DNA from: Hyalangium minutum
GTDB taxonomy: Bacteria; Myxococcota; Myxococcia; Myxococcales; Myxococcaceae
Direction: 5' to 3'
Assembly: GCF_000737315.1 (NCBI RefSeq)
Contig: NZ_JMCB01000001.1
Location: forward strand, 20,001-268,000
Length of the DNA stretch: 248,000 nucleotides
The notes below the pieces were generated by a model. The model saw nothing but the letters and a program-made list of their open reading frames with translations. It had not been told where the DNA came from and did no database searches. The position numbers and the translations under genes were made by a program. Of the stretch, positions 39,009-48,108 are shown one piece after another; the first letter of the stretch is position 1; each line of letters begins with the position of its first letter.

Positions 39009-39584
39009 TTAGCGGATGTTGCCGATCGCGTTCTTCGCCGTCTCGTGGCGGGACTTCAGCACGTTGGAGACGGCCTGGTACTTCTGGGACTCCTGCTGCA
39101 TGGCGGACTGGAGCTTCAGCAGGTTCTTCTGCTCCTGGAACATGCCGGCCAGCTCACCGTTGAACTCGGAGCCCGGCGTGCCCGTGTTGCCCGCCAGGTA
39201 GTTCGGGCCGCCCGCGGTGCCGCCGCCGCCCACGCCCGGGATGCCGACGCTGCCGCCGGAGCCCACGGTGGTGTTCACGGAGGGAACGCCCACCGAGCCC
39301 GCGCCCGTGCTGCCCGAGCCCGCGCCCGGCAGAACCGACGTGTACGGAGTGGACGCGCCGCCAGTGGCGCCCGACGCGGTAAGCGTCGTCATCGACGAGA
39401 CCGCCGCCGAGACGATGCCGCCACCGGAGAACATCCCCGTGGCCAGACCCACGCCGCCGGCGACCGCGCCCGCCGCGTTGTTCACGCCCGCCTGAACGCG
39501 AGCACCGAAGCTCGTGTCCGGGGTCTGCCGACCCACCGACAGGTTGGTAGACATCCGAGGACCCATCAATCCATCGACCTTCAT
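39009..39584 (-). CDS. Putative T3SS-secreted protein with needle/rod-like C-terminal helix
   Basis: Gly/Ser-rich body; C-terminus NLLKLQSAMQQESQKYQAVSNVLKSRHETAKNAIGNIR. Confidence 0.6.
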   Translation of the reverse strand: MKVDGLMGPRMSTNLSVGRQTPDTSFGARVQAGVNNAAGAVAGGVGLATGMFSGGGIVSAAVSSMTTLTASGATGGASTPYTSVLPGAGSGSTGAGSVGVPSVNTTVGSGGSVGIPGVGGGGTAGGPNYLAGNTGTPGSEFNGELAGMFQEQKNLLKLQSAMQQESQKYQAVSNVLKSRHETAKNAIGNIR

Positions 39585-39653
39585 TTTTTCCTCCAGCGTT
39601 CGGACAACTTCGAAAGGTTCAGAGCCCCGGCCAGCCCGGCGCTCTCATTGTAA

Positions 39654-39680
39654 TTATCGCTGATCACGCGCCTGGGTTGC
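39654..39680 (-). promoter_or_regulatory. Sigma28-like promoter
   Basis: GCAACCC-N13-GCGATAA. Confidence 0.6.
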
Positions 39681-39750
39681 CTCGGGTCCGGAAAATCCCG
39701 GCGCAACGCAAATGTTTCCAGCAATTCCAGGCACTTGCGCAGCGGGGTAG

Positions 39751-40029
39751 CTACTTGCGGCCCTTGCCGCCCTTGTTCTCCGCGATCAGATGTTCGCGCG
39801 TTTCGAGAAGAATGCCCAGTAGCTCTTCGGCGCTTGACAACGCGGCCTGGATCTTCTTGCCCTGCTCAGCCTTGGGACCCTTGAGGGTGTCGAGGCCCTC
39901 CTTGATGGGGTTGAAGAGCGACTGGACCTCTTCCGCGGTGGCGCCCTCGATGAAGGACTCGATCGCCGGATAGGACGGAGTGGGAAGAGGCTCAGCTTCA
40001 GGGGCTTGCTGCTGCTTGGGAGGAGGCAT
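39751..40029 (-). CDS. Hypothetical protein
   Basis: short helical ORF at the cluster edge. Confidence 0.55.
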   Translation of the reverse strand: MPPPKQQQAPEAEPLPTPSYPAIESFIEGATAEEVQSLFNPIKEGLDTLKGPKAEQGKKIQAALSSAEELLGILLETREHLIAENKGGKGRK

Positions 40030-40297
40030 TGTAGGAAGGGTCTCCTGTCAGGGCGCCGTCCGGGCGGCCGACTCAAAAGCGGATGTACGGACGGTAGGAG
40101 AAAACTCCCTCTCTGTTCAAGACGGGCGTCGTACCACCGAGAGCAATGTGGACAGAAAGCCACGGCCGCAGAGCAAGCATGCACGCGGCATTGCCTCGGA
40201 GGGCCTGTCCGCGCCTCCCAGCGCACCTACGTTTTTCCTAGCGGGGGATGCGCACCGCCCTTCCGCACTCACCACATCCAGATGGGGGATGACTTCC

Positions 40298-40939
40298 ATG
40301 AAGAAGCTGACGGGACTTTTCGCGGCCGTGGCACTGATGAGCCCGGGCATGGCGCTCGCGAACGAGGGGAAGAAGCACGACCAGCAGCAGACGCAGAACC
40401 AGAGCAACACGGGCGGGTCTGGCGTCCAGACAACCACCGGTAGCAGCCCCGAGAGCTCGCTCGGTACGGGCAACCAGATGGGCCAGAGCGGAACGACGAA
40501 CCCGCTGAGCGGCAACCAGATCACGGGCCGCGTCGTGAAGAGCGACAAGAAGATGATCTGGGTCGAGCACGCGGGCGCCATCGTCCCGCTGAAGGTCGAC
40601 AAGAACACGCAGTTCACGGATCCGAGCCTGAAGCGGGCCTCGGACTTCAAGGAGGGCGATGAGATCCGCGCCTCCTTCGAAGTGCGCAAGACGGACAACG
40701 TGGCCACCAGCATCCAGAAGAACACCGACGTGGGCCAGGGCGGCAGCGGCTCGGACGTGATGATGCCGGACAAGGGCATCAACCAGCCGTCGGACACCCT
40801 GCCTCCTTCCAGCGTGCCGCCCATGAATGAGGGACTGGGCGGCAGCGGCGACCTGGGCCCTGACATCACCCACCAGGGCTCGGACCTCGGCACTGGCTCG
40901 GACGTGAACCAGGGCAACAAGACCAGCGGCGACTTCTAG
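40298..40939 (+). CDS. Secreted hypothetical protein (OB-fold-like core)
   Basis: signal peptide; myxobacterial TGGSG-rich family pattern. Confidence 0.6.
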   Translation: MKKLTGLFAAVALMSPGMALANEGKKHDQQQTQNQSNTGGSGVQTTTGSSPESSLGTGNQMGQSGTTNPLSGNQITGRVVKSDKKMIWVEHAGAIVPLKVDKNTQFTDPSLKRASDFKEGDEIRASFEVRKTDNVATSIQKNTDVGQGGSGSDVMMPDKGINQPSDTLPPSSVPPMNEGLGGSGDLGPDITHQGSDLGTGSDVNQGNKTSGDF

Positions 40940-41332
40940 CAGCGCCCTGCTCCTGAGAGCGCTCCGCTGCTCTGCAGGAGTGCTGCTGACCACCTGCTGG
41001 GCCCGAGGCCCGCGATCCACCGCTCGGATCGTGGGCCTCGATCTTTGTAACAAGGCCGTAACGGCTTGCCCTCCGCTCGCTCTTCTCCCACCCCCATTCC
41101 ACATTGACGGCGTTGTCGTGAGGCAGCTAGATGCCGCCCCGTCGGGTGGTGCCGCGTCCTTGCGTCGCACCACTATCCAGGGGGTCGCCATGACGGCGGG
41201 TGGGAATTGCCACCTCGAGAGCCGCTTTAGCGAATGTGTCCGCCACACGAGCGGAGCCGTCCGCAAGCCATCATCCGCCCCGCCCCGCCTGGTCCCCCTG
41301 CCCGTCAGCGAGTTGTGAAAGGACCCCTCTCC

Positions 41333-42070
41333 ATGTCCGCAGCGCCCATTGTCGACATCAACGAAGTCACCAAGGACTACCGCCTCGGCAAGGTGGTGGT
41401 GCCCGCCCTCCGAGGCGTCTCGCTCCAGGTTCACCCCGGAGAGTTCATCTCCATCGCGGGCCCGTCGGGCAGCGGGAAGACGACGATGCTGAACCTCATT
41501 GGCTGCGTGGACACTGCCACCGCAGGCGTGGTGAAGGTGGCCGGCCAGGACACGAAGCAGCTCACCGAGCGAGCGCTCACGGACCTGCGGCTGCACACCA
41601 TCGGGTTCATCTTCCAGAGCTTCAACCTGGTGTCGGTGCTCAGCGTCTTCCAGAACGTGGAATTCCCCCTGCTGCTCCAGAAGAAGCTCAACGCCCAGCA
41701 GCGGCGTGAGCGGGTCACGCAATTGCTGGAGCAGGTGGGCCTCGCCGGCCACGCGAAGCACCGCCCCAACGAGCTGTCCGGCGGACAGCGCCAGCGCGTC
41801 GCGGTCGCCCGCGCCCTGGTGACTCAGCCGCAGATCGTCCTGGCGGACGAGCCGACGGCGAACCTGGACTCCGTCACCGGCCAGCAGATCATCGACCTGA
41901 TGAAGGCGATGAACCGCGAGCGCGGCACCACCTTCATCTTCTCCACGCACGACGCCAAGGTGATGACCCACGCCAACGCCGTGGTGCGTCTGAAGGACGG
42001 GATGATCCTCGACCGCGTCACTCCCGCCGAGGCGGGCATGGCCCTGGCGGCCGGTGCGGAGGGGCACTGA
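41333..42070 (+). CDS. ABC transporter ATP-binding protein (LolD-like)
   Basis: GPSGSGKTT, LSGGQRQR, DEPT. Confidence 0.92.
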   Translation: MSAAPIVDINEVTKDYRLGKVVVPALRGVSLQVHPGEFISIAGPSGSGKTTMLNLIGCVDTATAGVVKVAGQDTKQLTERALTDLRLHTIGFIFQSFNLVSVLSVFQNVEFPLLLQKKLNAQQRRERVTQLLEQVGLAGHAKHRPNELSGGQRQRVAVARALVTQPQIVLADEPTANLDSVTGQQIIDLMKAMNRERGTTFIFSTHDAKVMTHANAVVRLKDGMILDRVTPAEAGMALAAGAEGH

Positions 42071-44178
42071 TGGGCACGCTCAAGCTGCTCTTGCAGGTGG
42101 CCTTCCGCAACCTGTTCAAGAGCTGGGTCAACGTCATCATCGGCGGCATCATCTTCTTCGCCACCTTCCTGGTGGTGACGGGCGGCGCGCTCCTAGACAG
42201 CGTGGACTCGTCCATGAGCCGGTCGATCATCGGCTCCATCGCGGGCCACATCCAGGTGTACTCGGAGAAGTCCAAGGAAGAGCTGGCGCTGTTCGTCACC
42301 ATGGGTGGCGAGGCGGACGTCGCGGCCATGGACAGCTTCAGCCCCATCAAGGCGGCGCTGGAGAAGCACCCCAACGTGAAGACAGTGGTGCCCATGGGCG
42401 CCAATGGCGCGCTCATTACCTCCGGCAACACGGTGGACCTGACGCTGGCGCGCCTGCGCGGGCTGTACCGGAAGAACGCCGAGGAGGGCGACACGCCCGA
42501 GCGGCGCGCCCAGATCGACAGCCTCAAGGCGCATGTGCGTCACCTGGCCGAGCTGCTCGAGGCCGAGAAGGCCACGCGCACCAAGCTGGTCCGGGAAGAG
42601 ACCCTGGATCCCGCAGAGGTGGCGGCGCTGGCCAAGGCACGCTCGGAGGAGTTCTGGGCGGGCTTCGACAAGGACCCGTTCGGCTCGCTGGAGTTCCTGG
42701 AGAACCAGCTGGCGCCCCAGGTGGCCGATGGAGACCTGCTCTACATCCGCTATGTGGGCACGGACCTGGATGCGTTCCAGAAGAGCTTCGACCGCATGCA
42801 GATCATCGACGGCACGGCGGTGCCCCAGGGCAAGCGCGGCATGCTGCTGTCCAAGTACTTCTATGAGGAGTTTCTCAAGCTGAAGTCCGCGCGCCGGATG
42901 GACCTCATCAAGGAGGCGCTCGAGACGAAGCAGAAGACGATCGCCTCGGACCCGCTGCTTCAGCGCTACGTGAAGGAGAACTCCACGCAGCCGCGCGAGA
43001 TCGTCTACCAGCTGGATCCCATGAAGTCGCAGCAGGCCGTGTCGCGGCTCCAGGACATCTTGCAGAGCAAGGAGACGGATCTGTCCAAGCTGGTGAGCCA
43101 GTTCCTCACGGTGACCGACGAGAACTTCGACACCCGCTACAAGCAGTACTACGAGCAACTGGTGCCGCTGTTGGACCTGTACCGCCTGAAGATGGGGGAC
43201 ACGATCACCATCACCGCGTTCAGCCGCACCGGCTACGTGCAGAGCGTGAACGTGCCCATCTACGGCACCTACCAGTTCAGCGGCCTGGAGAAGTCCCCGC
43301 TGGCGGGCTCCGCGAACCTGATGGACCTGGTGTCCTTCCGCGAGCTGTACGGCTACCTCACCGAGGAGAAGAAGGAGGAGATCGCCCTGCTCAAGCAGAA
43401 GAGCGGCGCGGCCGAGGTGAAGCGCGAGAACGCCGAGGAGGCCCTCTTCGGCGAGGCGGCTCCCTCCACCCTGGTGGCGGACGCCACGCCCGGCTTGATC
43501 AACGAGAACGAGCAGATCACCTCCACCGGCGCCGCCCTGCGCAACGAGGACCTGCTCAAGCGCGTCTACTCCCAGAAGGAGATCGAAGAGGGCATGGTGC
43601 TGAGCTCCGCCATCATCCTCAAGGATCCGGAGAAGCTGGAGACCACCCTGTCCGAGCTCGGGAAGTCCCAGGAGCTGAAGGACCTGAAGCTGCGCGTGGT
43701 GAGCTGGCAGAAGGCCGCGGGCCTCATTGGCCAGTTCGTGCTGATGATGCGCATGGTGCTGTGGGGCATCATCGTCATCCTCTTCGTGGTGATCCTGGCC
43801 ATCATCAACAACGCGGTGATGATGGCCACCCTCCAGCGCGTGAGGGAGGTGGGCACCATGCGAGCCATCGGCGCGCAGCGCTCCTTCATCCTGGCCATGG
43901 TGATGCTGGAGACGGTGGTGCTGGGCGCGGTGTTTGGCGGCCTGGGAGCTGGGGCTGGCAGCGCGCTCATCCGCTGGCTTGGCAAGGTCGGCATCCCCGC
44001 GGGCACCGAGGAGCTCTACTTCTTCTTCAGCGGCCCCCGGCTGCTGCCCACCCTGAGCGCCTCGAACATCGTTGTCGCCTTCATCCTCGTGGTGGGCGTC
44101 TCCCTGTTCTCCACCTTCTACCCCGCCTTTATGGCCACGCGCGTGTCGCCCGTCACGGCGATGCAGACGGACGAGTGA
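42070..44178 (+). CDS. ABC permease (FtsX/LolE family)
   Basis: R..EVGTMRAIG, 4 TM topology. Confidence 0.85.
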   Translation: MGTLKLLLQVAFRNLFKSWVNVIIGGIIFFATFLVVTGGALLDSVDSSMSRSIIGSIAGHIQVYSEKSKEELALFVTMGGEADVAAMDSFSPIKAALEKHPNVKTVVPMGANGALITSGNTVDLTLARLRGLYRKNAEEGDTPERRAQIDSLKAHVRHLAELLEAEKATRTKLVREETLDPAEVAALAKARSEEFWAGFDKDPFGSLEFLENQLAPQVADGDLLYIRYVGTDLDAFQKSFDRMQIIDGTAVPQGKRGMLLSKYFYEEFLKLKSARRMDLIKEALETKQKTIASDPLLQRYVKENSTQPREIVYQLDPMKSQQAVSRLQDILQSKETDLSKLVSQFLTVTDENFDTRYKQYYEQLVPLLDLYRLKMGDTITITAFSRTGYVQSVNVPIYGTYQFSGLEKSPLAGSANLMDLVSFRELYGYLTEEKKEEIALLKQKSGAAEVKRENAEEALFGEAAPSTLVADATPGLINENEQITSTGAALRNEDLLKRVYSQKEIEEGMVLSSAIILKDPEKLETTLSELGKSQELKDLKLRVVSWQKAAGLIGQFVLMMRMVLWGIIVILFVVILAIINNAVMMATLQRVREVGTMRAIGAQRSFILAMVMLETVVLGAVFGGLGAGAGSALIRWLGKVGIPAGTEELYFFFSGPRLLPTLSASNIVVAFILVVGVSLFSTFYPAFMATRVSPVTAMQTDE

Positions 44179-44182
44179 AGCC

Positions 44183-45643
44183 ATGTCCCAACGCCCCTTC
44201 CATGTGAGGCTGATCCAGGCCCTCGAAGACCCCTCGGGCCTGAACTGGCTCCAGCGCATGGCCCTGCAGCCCGTCCGCGCCGTCTACGCGCTCTACAACC
44301 TGGGCTACTTTTTCTATTACCTGCTGACCCACCCTGCGGAGGTCGCCATGCTGTGCCGGGTGGCCGTCCGCAACCTGCGGGCCCACCAGCGGCGCACCCT
44401 CCTGCTCGGAGGCGCCATTGGCGGCGTCACCGCAGTGCTCGTCATCCTGATGGGCGTCACCAACGGGATGAAGTCCACCATGCTGGAGTCGGCCACCACG
44501 CTCATGAGCGGGCACGTGAACGTGGGCGGCTTCTACAAAGTCACCGCGGGCCAGTCCGCGCCCGTGGTCACCGAGTACCCGAAGCTCGTCGCGAAGATCC
44601 GCCAGGACGTACCCGAGCTGGACTACATCTCCCAGCGCGGCCGCGGCTGGGCCAAGCTCGTCTCCGACACCGGCTCCATGCAGGTGGGCGTAGGCGGCAT
44701 GGACGTCGAGGCCGAGCCGGGCTTCCGCAAGGTCGTCCAGCTTCGCAAGGGAAATCTGGATGACCTGAAGCAGCCGGGCACCATCCTCATCTTCGAGGAG
44801 CAGGCCAAGAAGCTGGAAGTGACGGTGGGCGACACGCTGACGCTGTCGGCCCCCACCATGCGCGGCATCAACAACACGCAGGACGTGCGCGTGGTGGCCA
44901 TCGCCGCCAACATCGGGATGATGAGCGCGTGGAACACCTTCGTGCCCAGCAAGAGCCTGAGGGACTTGTACCAGCTCAAGGACGACACCACCGGCGCCAT
45001 CTACCTGTACCTCAAGGACATGAAGGACATCCCCGCGGTGCAGCAGCGGCTGCGCACCCAGCTGGCCGAGTCAGGCTACACGCTCATGGACAACGACCCA
45101 CGCGCCTTCTGGATGAAGTTCGACGTGGTCAACCGCGAGGGCTGGACGGGCCAGAAGCTGGACATCACCAACTGGGAGGACGAGATCTCCTTCGTGCAGT
45201 GGGTGGTGCAGGCCTTGGGCGCCATCACCGGCGGGCTCACCTTCGTGCTGCTGGTGGTCATCGCCGCTGGCATCACGAACACGCTGTGGATCGCCATCCG
45301 CGAGCGCACCCGGGAGATTGGCACGCTGCGCGCCATTGGCATGAAGCGCGAGAGCGTGCAGACGATGTTCCTGGCGGAGGCGCTGATCCTCAGCCTCGTG
45401 GCGACCCTCACGGGCGCGCTGGTGGCCGCGGGGCTCTGCTTCCTCGTCAACGCCCAGCACATCCGCGCCCCTGAGGTCGTCCAGGTGATGCTGCTGACGG
45501 AGCACTGGTTCTTGAAGATCGAGCCCGGCTCCGTGGTGTTCGCGGTGGCGCTCATCACTGGGGCCTCCATGTTCGTGAGTCTGATTCCCTCGTTCCTCGC
45601 CGCGCGGATGAAGCCCGTGACGGCCATGCACCACATCGGGTGA
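44183..45643 (+). CDS. ABC permease (FtsX/LolC family)
   Basis: ERTREIGTLRAIG. Confidence 0.85.
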   Translation: MSQRPFHVRLIQALEDPSGLNWLQRMALQPVRAVYALYNLGYFFYYLLTHPAEVAMLCRVAVRNLRAHQRRTLLLGGAIGGVTAVLVILMGVTNGMKSTMLESATTLMSGHVNVGGFYKVTAGQSAPVVTEYPKLVAKIRQDVPELDYISQRGRGWAKLVSDTGSMQVGVGGMDVEAEPGFRKVVQLRKGNLDDLKQPGTILIFEEQAKKLEVTVGDTLTLSAPTMRGINNTQDVRVVAIAANIGMMSAWNTFVPSKSLRDLYQLKDDTTGAIYLYLKDMKDIPAVQQRLRTQLAESGYTLMDNDPRAFWMKFDVVNREGWTGQKLDITNWEDEISFVQWVVQALGAITGGLTFVLLVVIAAGITNTLWIAIRERTREIGTLRAIGMKRESVQTMFLAEALILSLVATLTGALVAAGLCFLVNAQHIRAPEVVQVMLLTEHWFLKIEPGSVVFAVALITGASMFVSLIPSFLAARMKPVTAMHHIG

Positions 45644-46428
45644 TTGCCATGACGCCTCGAAACCTGCTGTCCGCCGCGCTCGCCGCGGTGCTGCTCGCGG
45701 CCCCTGCCGCCTTCGCGCTGGACGCGGCCGAGCTGAAGAAGACGCTGGAGGTCATCGACGACCGGCAGCGCAACAGCGGCGACTACAAGTCGCTGGTGTA
45801 CCTGGAGCAGAAGGAGAAGGACAAAGCGGACACCGTGCGCGAGGCGCTCGTCTACCGGCGCGACGCGGACGACAAGCTGATGATCCTCTTCACCAAGCCC
45901 AAGGGCGAGGCCGGCAAGGGCTACCTGCGCCTGGACAAGAACCTGTGGATCTACGATCCCAACGTGGGCAAGTGGGAGCGCCGCACCGAGCGCGAGCGCA
46001 TCGCCGGCACCGACAGCCGCCGCGCCGACTTCGACGAGTCCCGCCTCGCCGAGGAGTATGACGCGACGTACGAGGGCGAAGAGGCGCTGGGCAAGTTCCA
46101 GGTGCACAAGATGTCGCTCAAGGCCCGGCCCACCATCGACGTGGCCTACCCCGTCATCAAGCTGTGGGTGGACAAAGAGACCACCAACGTCCTGAAGCGC
46201 CAGGAGTTCGCCCTGTCCGGCCGGCTGATGCGCACGCTCTACTATCCGAAGTGGCAGAAGCTCTTCAGCGAGTCCAAGGGCGCCGACGTCTGGTACCCCC
46301 AGGAGATCCGCATCTACGACGAGGTGGAGAAGGCCAACTCCACCGTCATCCTCATCAAGAGCGTGGACCTGCGGTCGCTGGAGGCCAACATCTTCACCAA
46401 GGCGTGGCTCGAGAGTAAGAGCCGATGA
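45640..46428 (+). CDS. Outer-membrane lipoprotein-sorting (LolA-like) protein
   Basis: signal peptide, GKGYL..D.NLW.Y.P motif. Confidence 0.8.
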   Translation: MIAMTPRNLLSAALAAVLLAAPAAFALDAAELKKTLEVIDDRQRNSGDYKSLVYLEQKEKDKADTVREALVYRRDADDKLMILFTKPKGEAGKGYLRLDKNLWIYDPNVGKWERRTERERIAGTDSRRADFDESRLAEEYDATYEGEEALGKFQVHKMSLKARPTIDVAYPVIKLWVDKETTNVLKRQEFALSGRLMRTLYYPKWQKLFSESKGADVWYPQEIRIYDEVEKANSTVILIKSVDLRSLEANIFTKAWLESKSR

Positions 46429-47996
46429 CCCCGCGCACGCTCACCACCGCCGCGGCGCTGGCCGCGGCTCTCTCGTGCCTGCCTGCCGCCGCCCAGTCGC
46501 GGCCGGATGAGGATGCGATGTTCGGCGGCTCCTCCGAGAGTGAGACTCCCGCAGGGGCTACGCCCACGGCACCGTCCTCGACGAACGCCAGCGCTCCGCC
46601 CGCCCAGCCTCCCGCCGTGGAGCAGTCCGGCCGCGAGGAGACCCGGGATGAGCAGGCGCTCAGCGGGACGTCCTCGCAGGAGGCGTTCGGCTCCGAGGAG
46701 CATGTGGATGACCCGCTGAAGATCGGCGGCCAGTTCTACCTGCGCGCCATCGCCCAGGGAAACCAGGGCGTGTCCTTCGGCAGCACTCCGTTCTCCGCTC
46801 CCACGCTGGTGGATGGCTACTTCGATGCCCGCCCCACGGACCGCCTGCGCGGCATGGTGGTGGGCCGGCTCAGCTTCGATCCGACCCAGGGCAGCCAGAC
46901 CATCAGCTTCCTCGGCACCAATTCGAGCGATGGCAGCACCACCACTCCCGGCACCGTGCGGTCCAACCCGCGCGTCCTGCTGGATCAAGCGTGGCTGCGC
47001 TTCGACATCGATCACACGGTGTTCGTCACCGCAGGCAAGCAGCACGTGAAGTGGGGCACCTCGCGCTTCTGGAACCCCACGGACTTCCTGTCGCCCCAGC
47101 GCAGGGATCCGCTCGCCGTCTTCGATGCTCGCACCGGCGCCTCCATGCTGAAGCTCCACGTCCCCTGGGAGGCCAAGGGGTGGAACTTCTATGGCATCGC
47201 GATGCTGGACAATGCTGGGCCGGCCTTCACGCTCGGCCGCATCGGCGGCGCCGCTCGCGCCGAGGTCGTGCTGGGTGAGTCCGAGATCGGCGCCAGTGCC
47301 GTGCTCCAGCGCGGCCGCAAGCCCCGCTTCGGGCTCGATATCTCTTCGGCGCTCGGGCCGCTCGATGTGTACGCCGAGGCGGCACTGAAGAAGGGCTCGG
47401 ACACCCCACTCTACCGGCTGCCCGCGGGCGTCTCGATCCAGCAGCTCATCGAGGAGGCCGAGGACCTGGAGATCCACGGCCCGCAGGACCTCGTTCAGCT
47501 TCAGAAGCTGTCCATCGAGAGCTACACCCCGGGCGGGCTCACCCCGCAGGTCTCCGGCGGCGCCAACTACACGTTCGCCTACAGCGAGAACGACAGCGCC
47601 ACCGTGGGCGTCGAGTACTTCTACAACTCGACCGGCTACAGCACCGCCATCGCCTACCCGTACCTCATCGCGCAGGGGGTCTATCAGCCGTTCTACGTGG
47701 GCAAGCACTACGCCGGCCTTTACGGCGTGCTCACCGGACCGGGCTCCTGGGACAAGACGTCCTTCATCCTGTCCACCCTGGGCAACCTGTCGGACCGGTC
47801 CTTCACCACCCGGCTGGACGTGCTCCACCGCGTGCTCTCATACCTGAGCATCGAGGCGTACGCCGCCGCGAACTACGGCACCAAGGGCGGCGAGTTCCGC
47901 TTCGCCCTGGATGAGCCACCGTTCCAGGTCGATGGCAAGGCGTTCGTGCCTGCTCCCACGGTCCAGGCGGGCGTGGGCCTGCGCATCAACCTCTGA
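46425..47996 (+). CDS. Outer-membrane beta-barrel protein
   Basis: GKQ.VKWG.SRFWNPTDF motif. Confidence 0.65.
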   Translation: MTPRTLTTAAALAAALSCLPAAAQSRPDEDAMFGGSSESETPAGATPTAPSSTNASAPPAQPPAVEQSGREETRDEQALSGTSSQEAFGSEEHVDDPLKIGGQFYLRAIAQGNQGVSFGSTPFSAPTLVDGYFDARPTDRLRGMVVGRLSFDPTQGSQTISFLGTNSSDGSTTTPGTVRSNPRVLLDQAWLRFDIDHTVFVTAGKQHVKWGTSRFWNPTDFLSPQRRDPLAVFDARTGASMLKLHVPWEAKGWNFYGIAMLDNAGPAFTLGRIGGAARAEVVLGESEIGASAVLQRGRKPRFGLDISSALGPLDVYAEAALKKGSDTPLYRLPAGVSIQQLIEEAEDLEIHGPQDLVQLQKLSIESYTPGGLTPQVSGGANYTFAYSENDSATVGVEYFYNSTGYSTAIAYPYLIAQGVYQPFYVGKHYAGLYGVLTGPGSWDKTSFILSTLGNLSDRSFTTRLDVLHRVLSYLSIEAYAAANYGTKGGEFRFALDEPPFQVDGKAFVPAPTVQAGVGLRINL

Positions 47997-48108
47997 CGTG
48001 CCCTCGGGGCCGCGCCCGTGTCTTCGAGCGCGGCCCCGAGTGTCGCTCGGGTGACGGCCCGGCGAGATGGGAGTGGCCTCCCAGGCTGCCTCCAGCGCAG
48101 GAAGAGGC

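Noticed and set aside
11359-40029. Flagellar gene cluster
   Set aside because: No flagellin, hook, rod, MS-ring or motor genes; has an SctJ lipoprotein and SycD-type chaperones.
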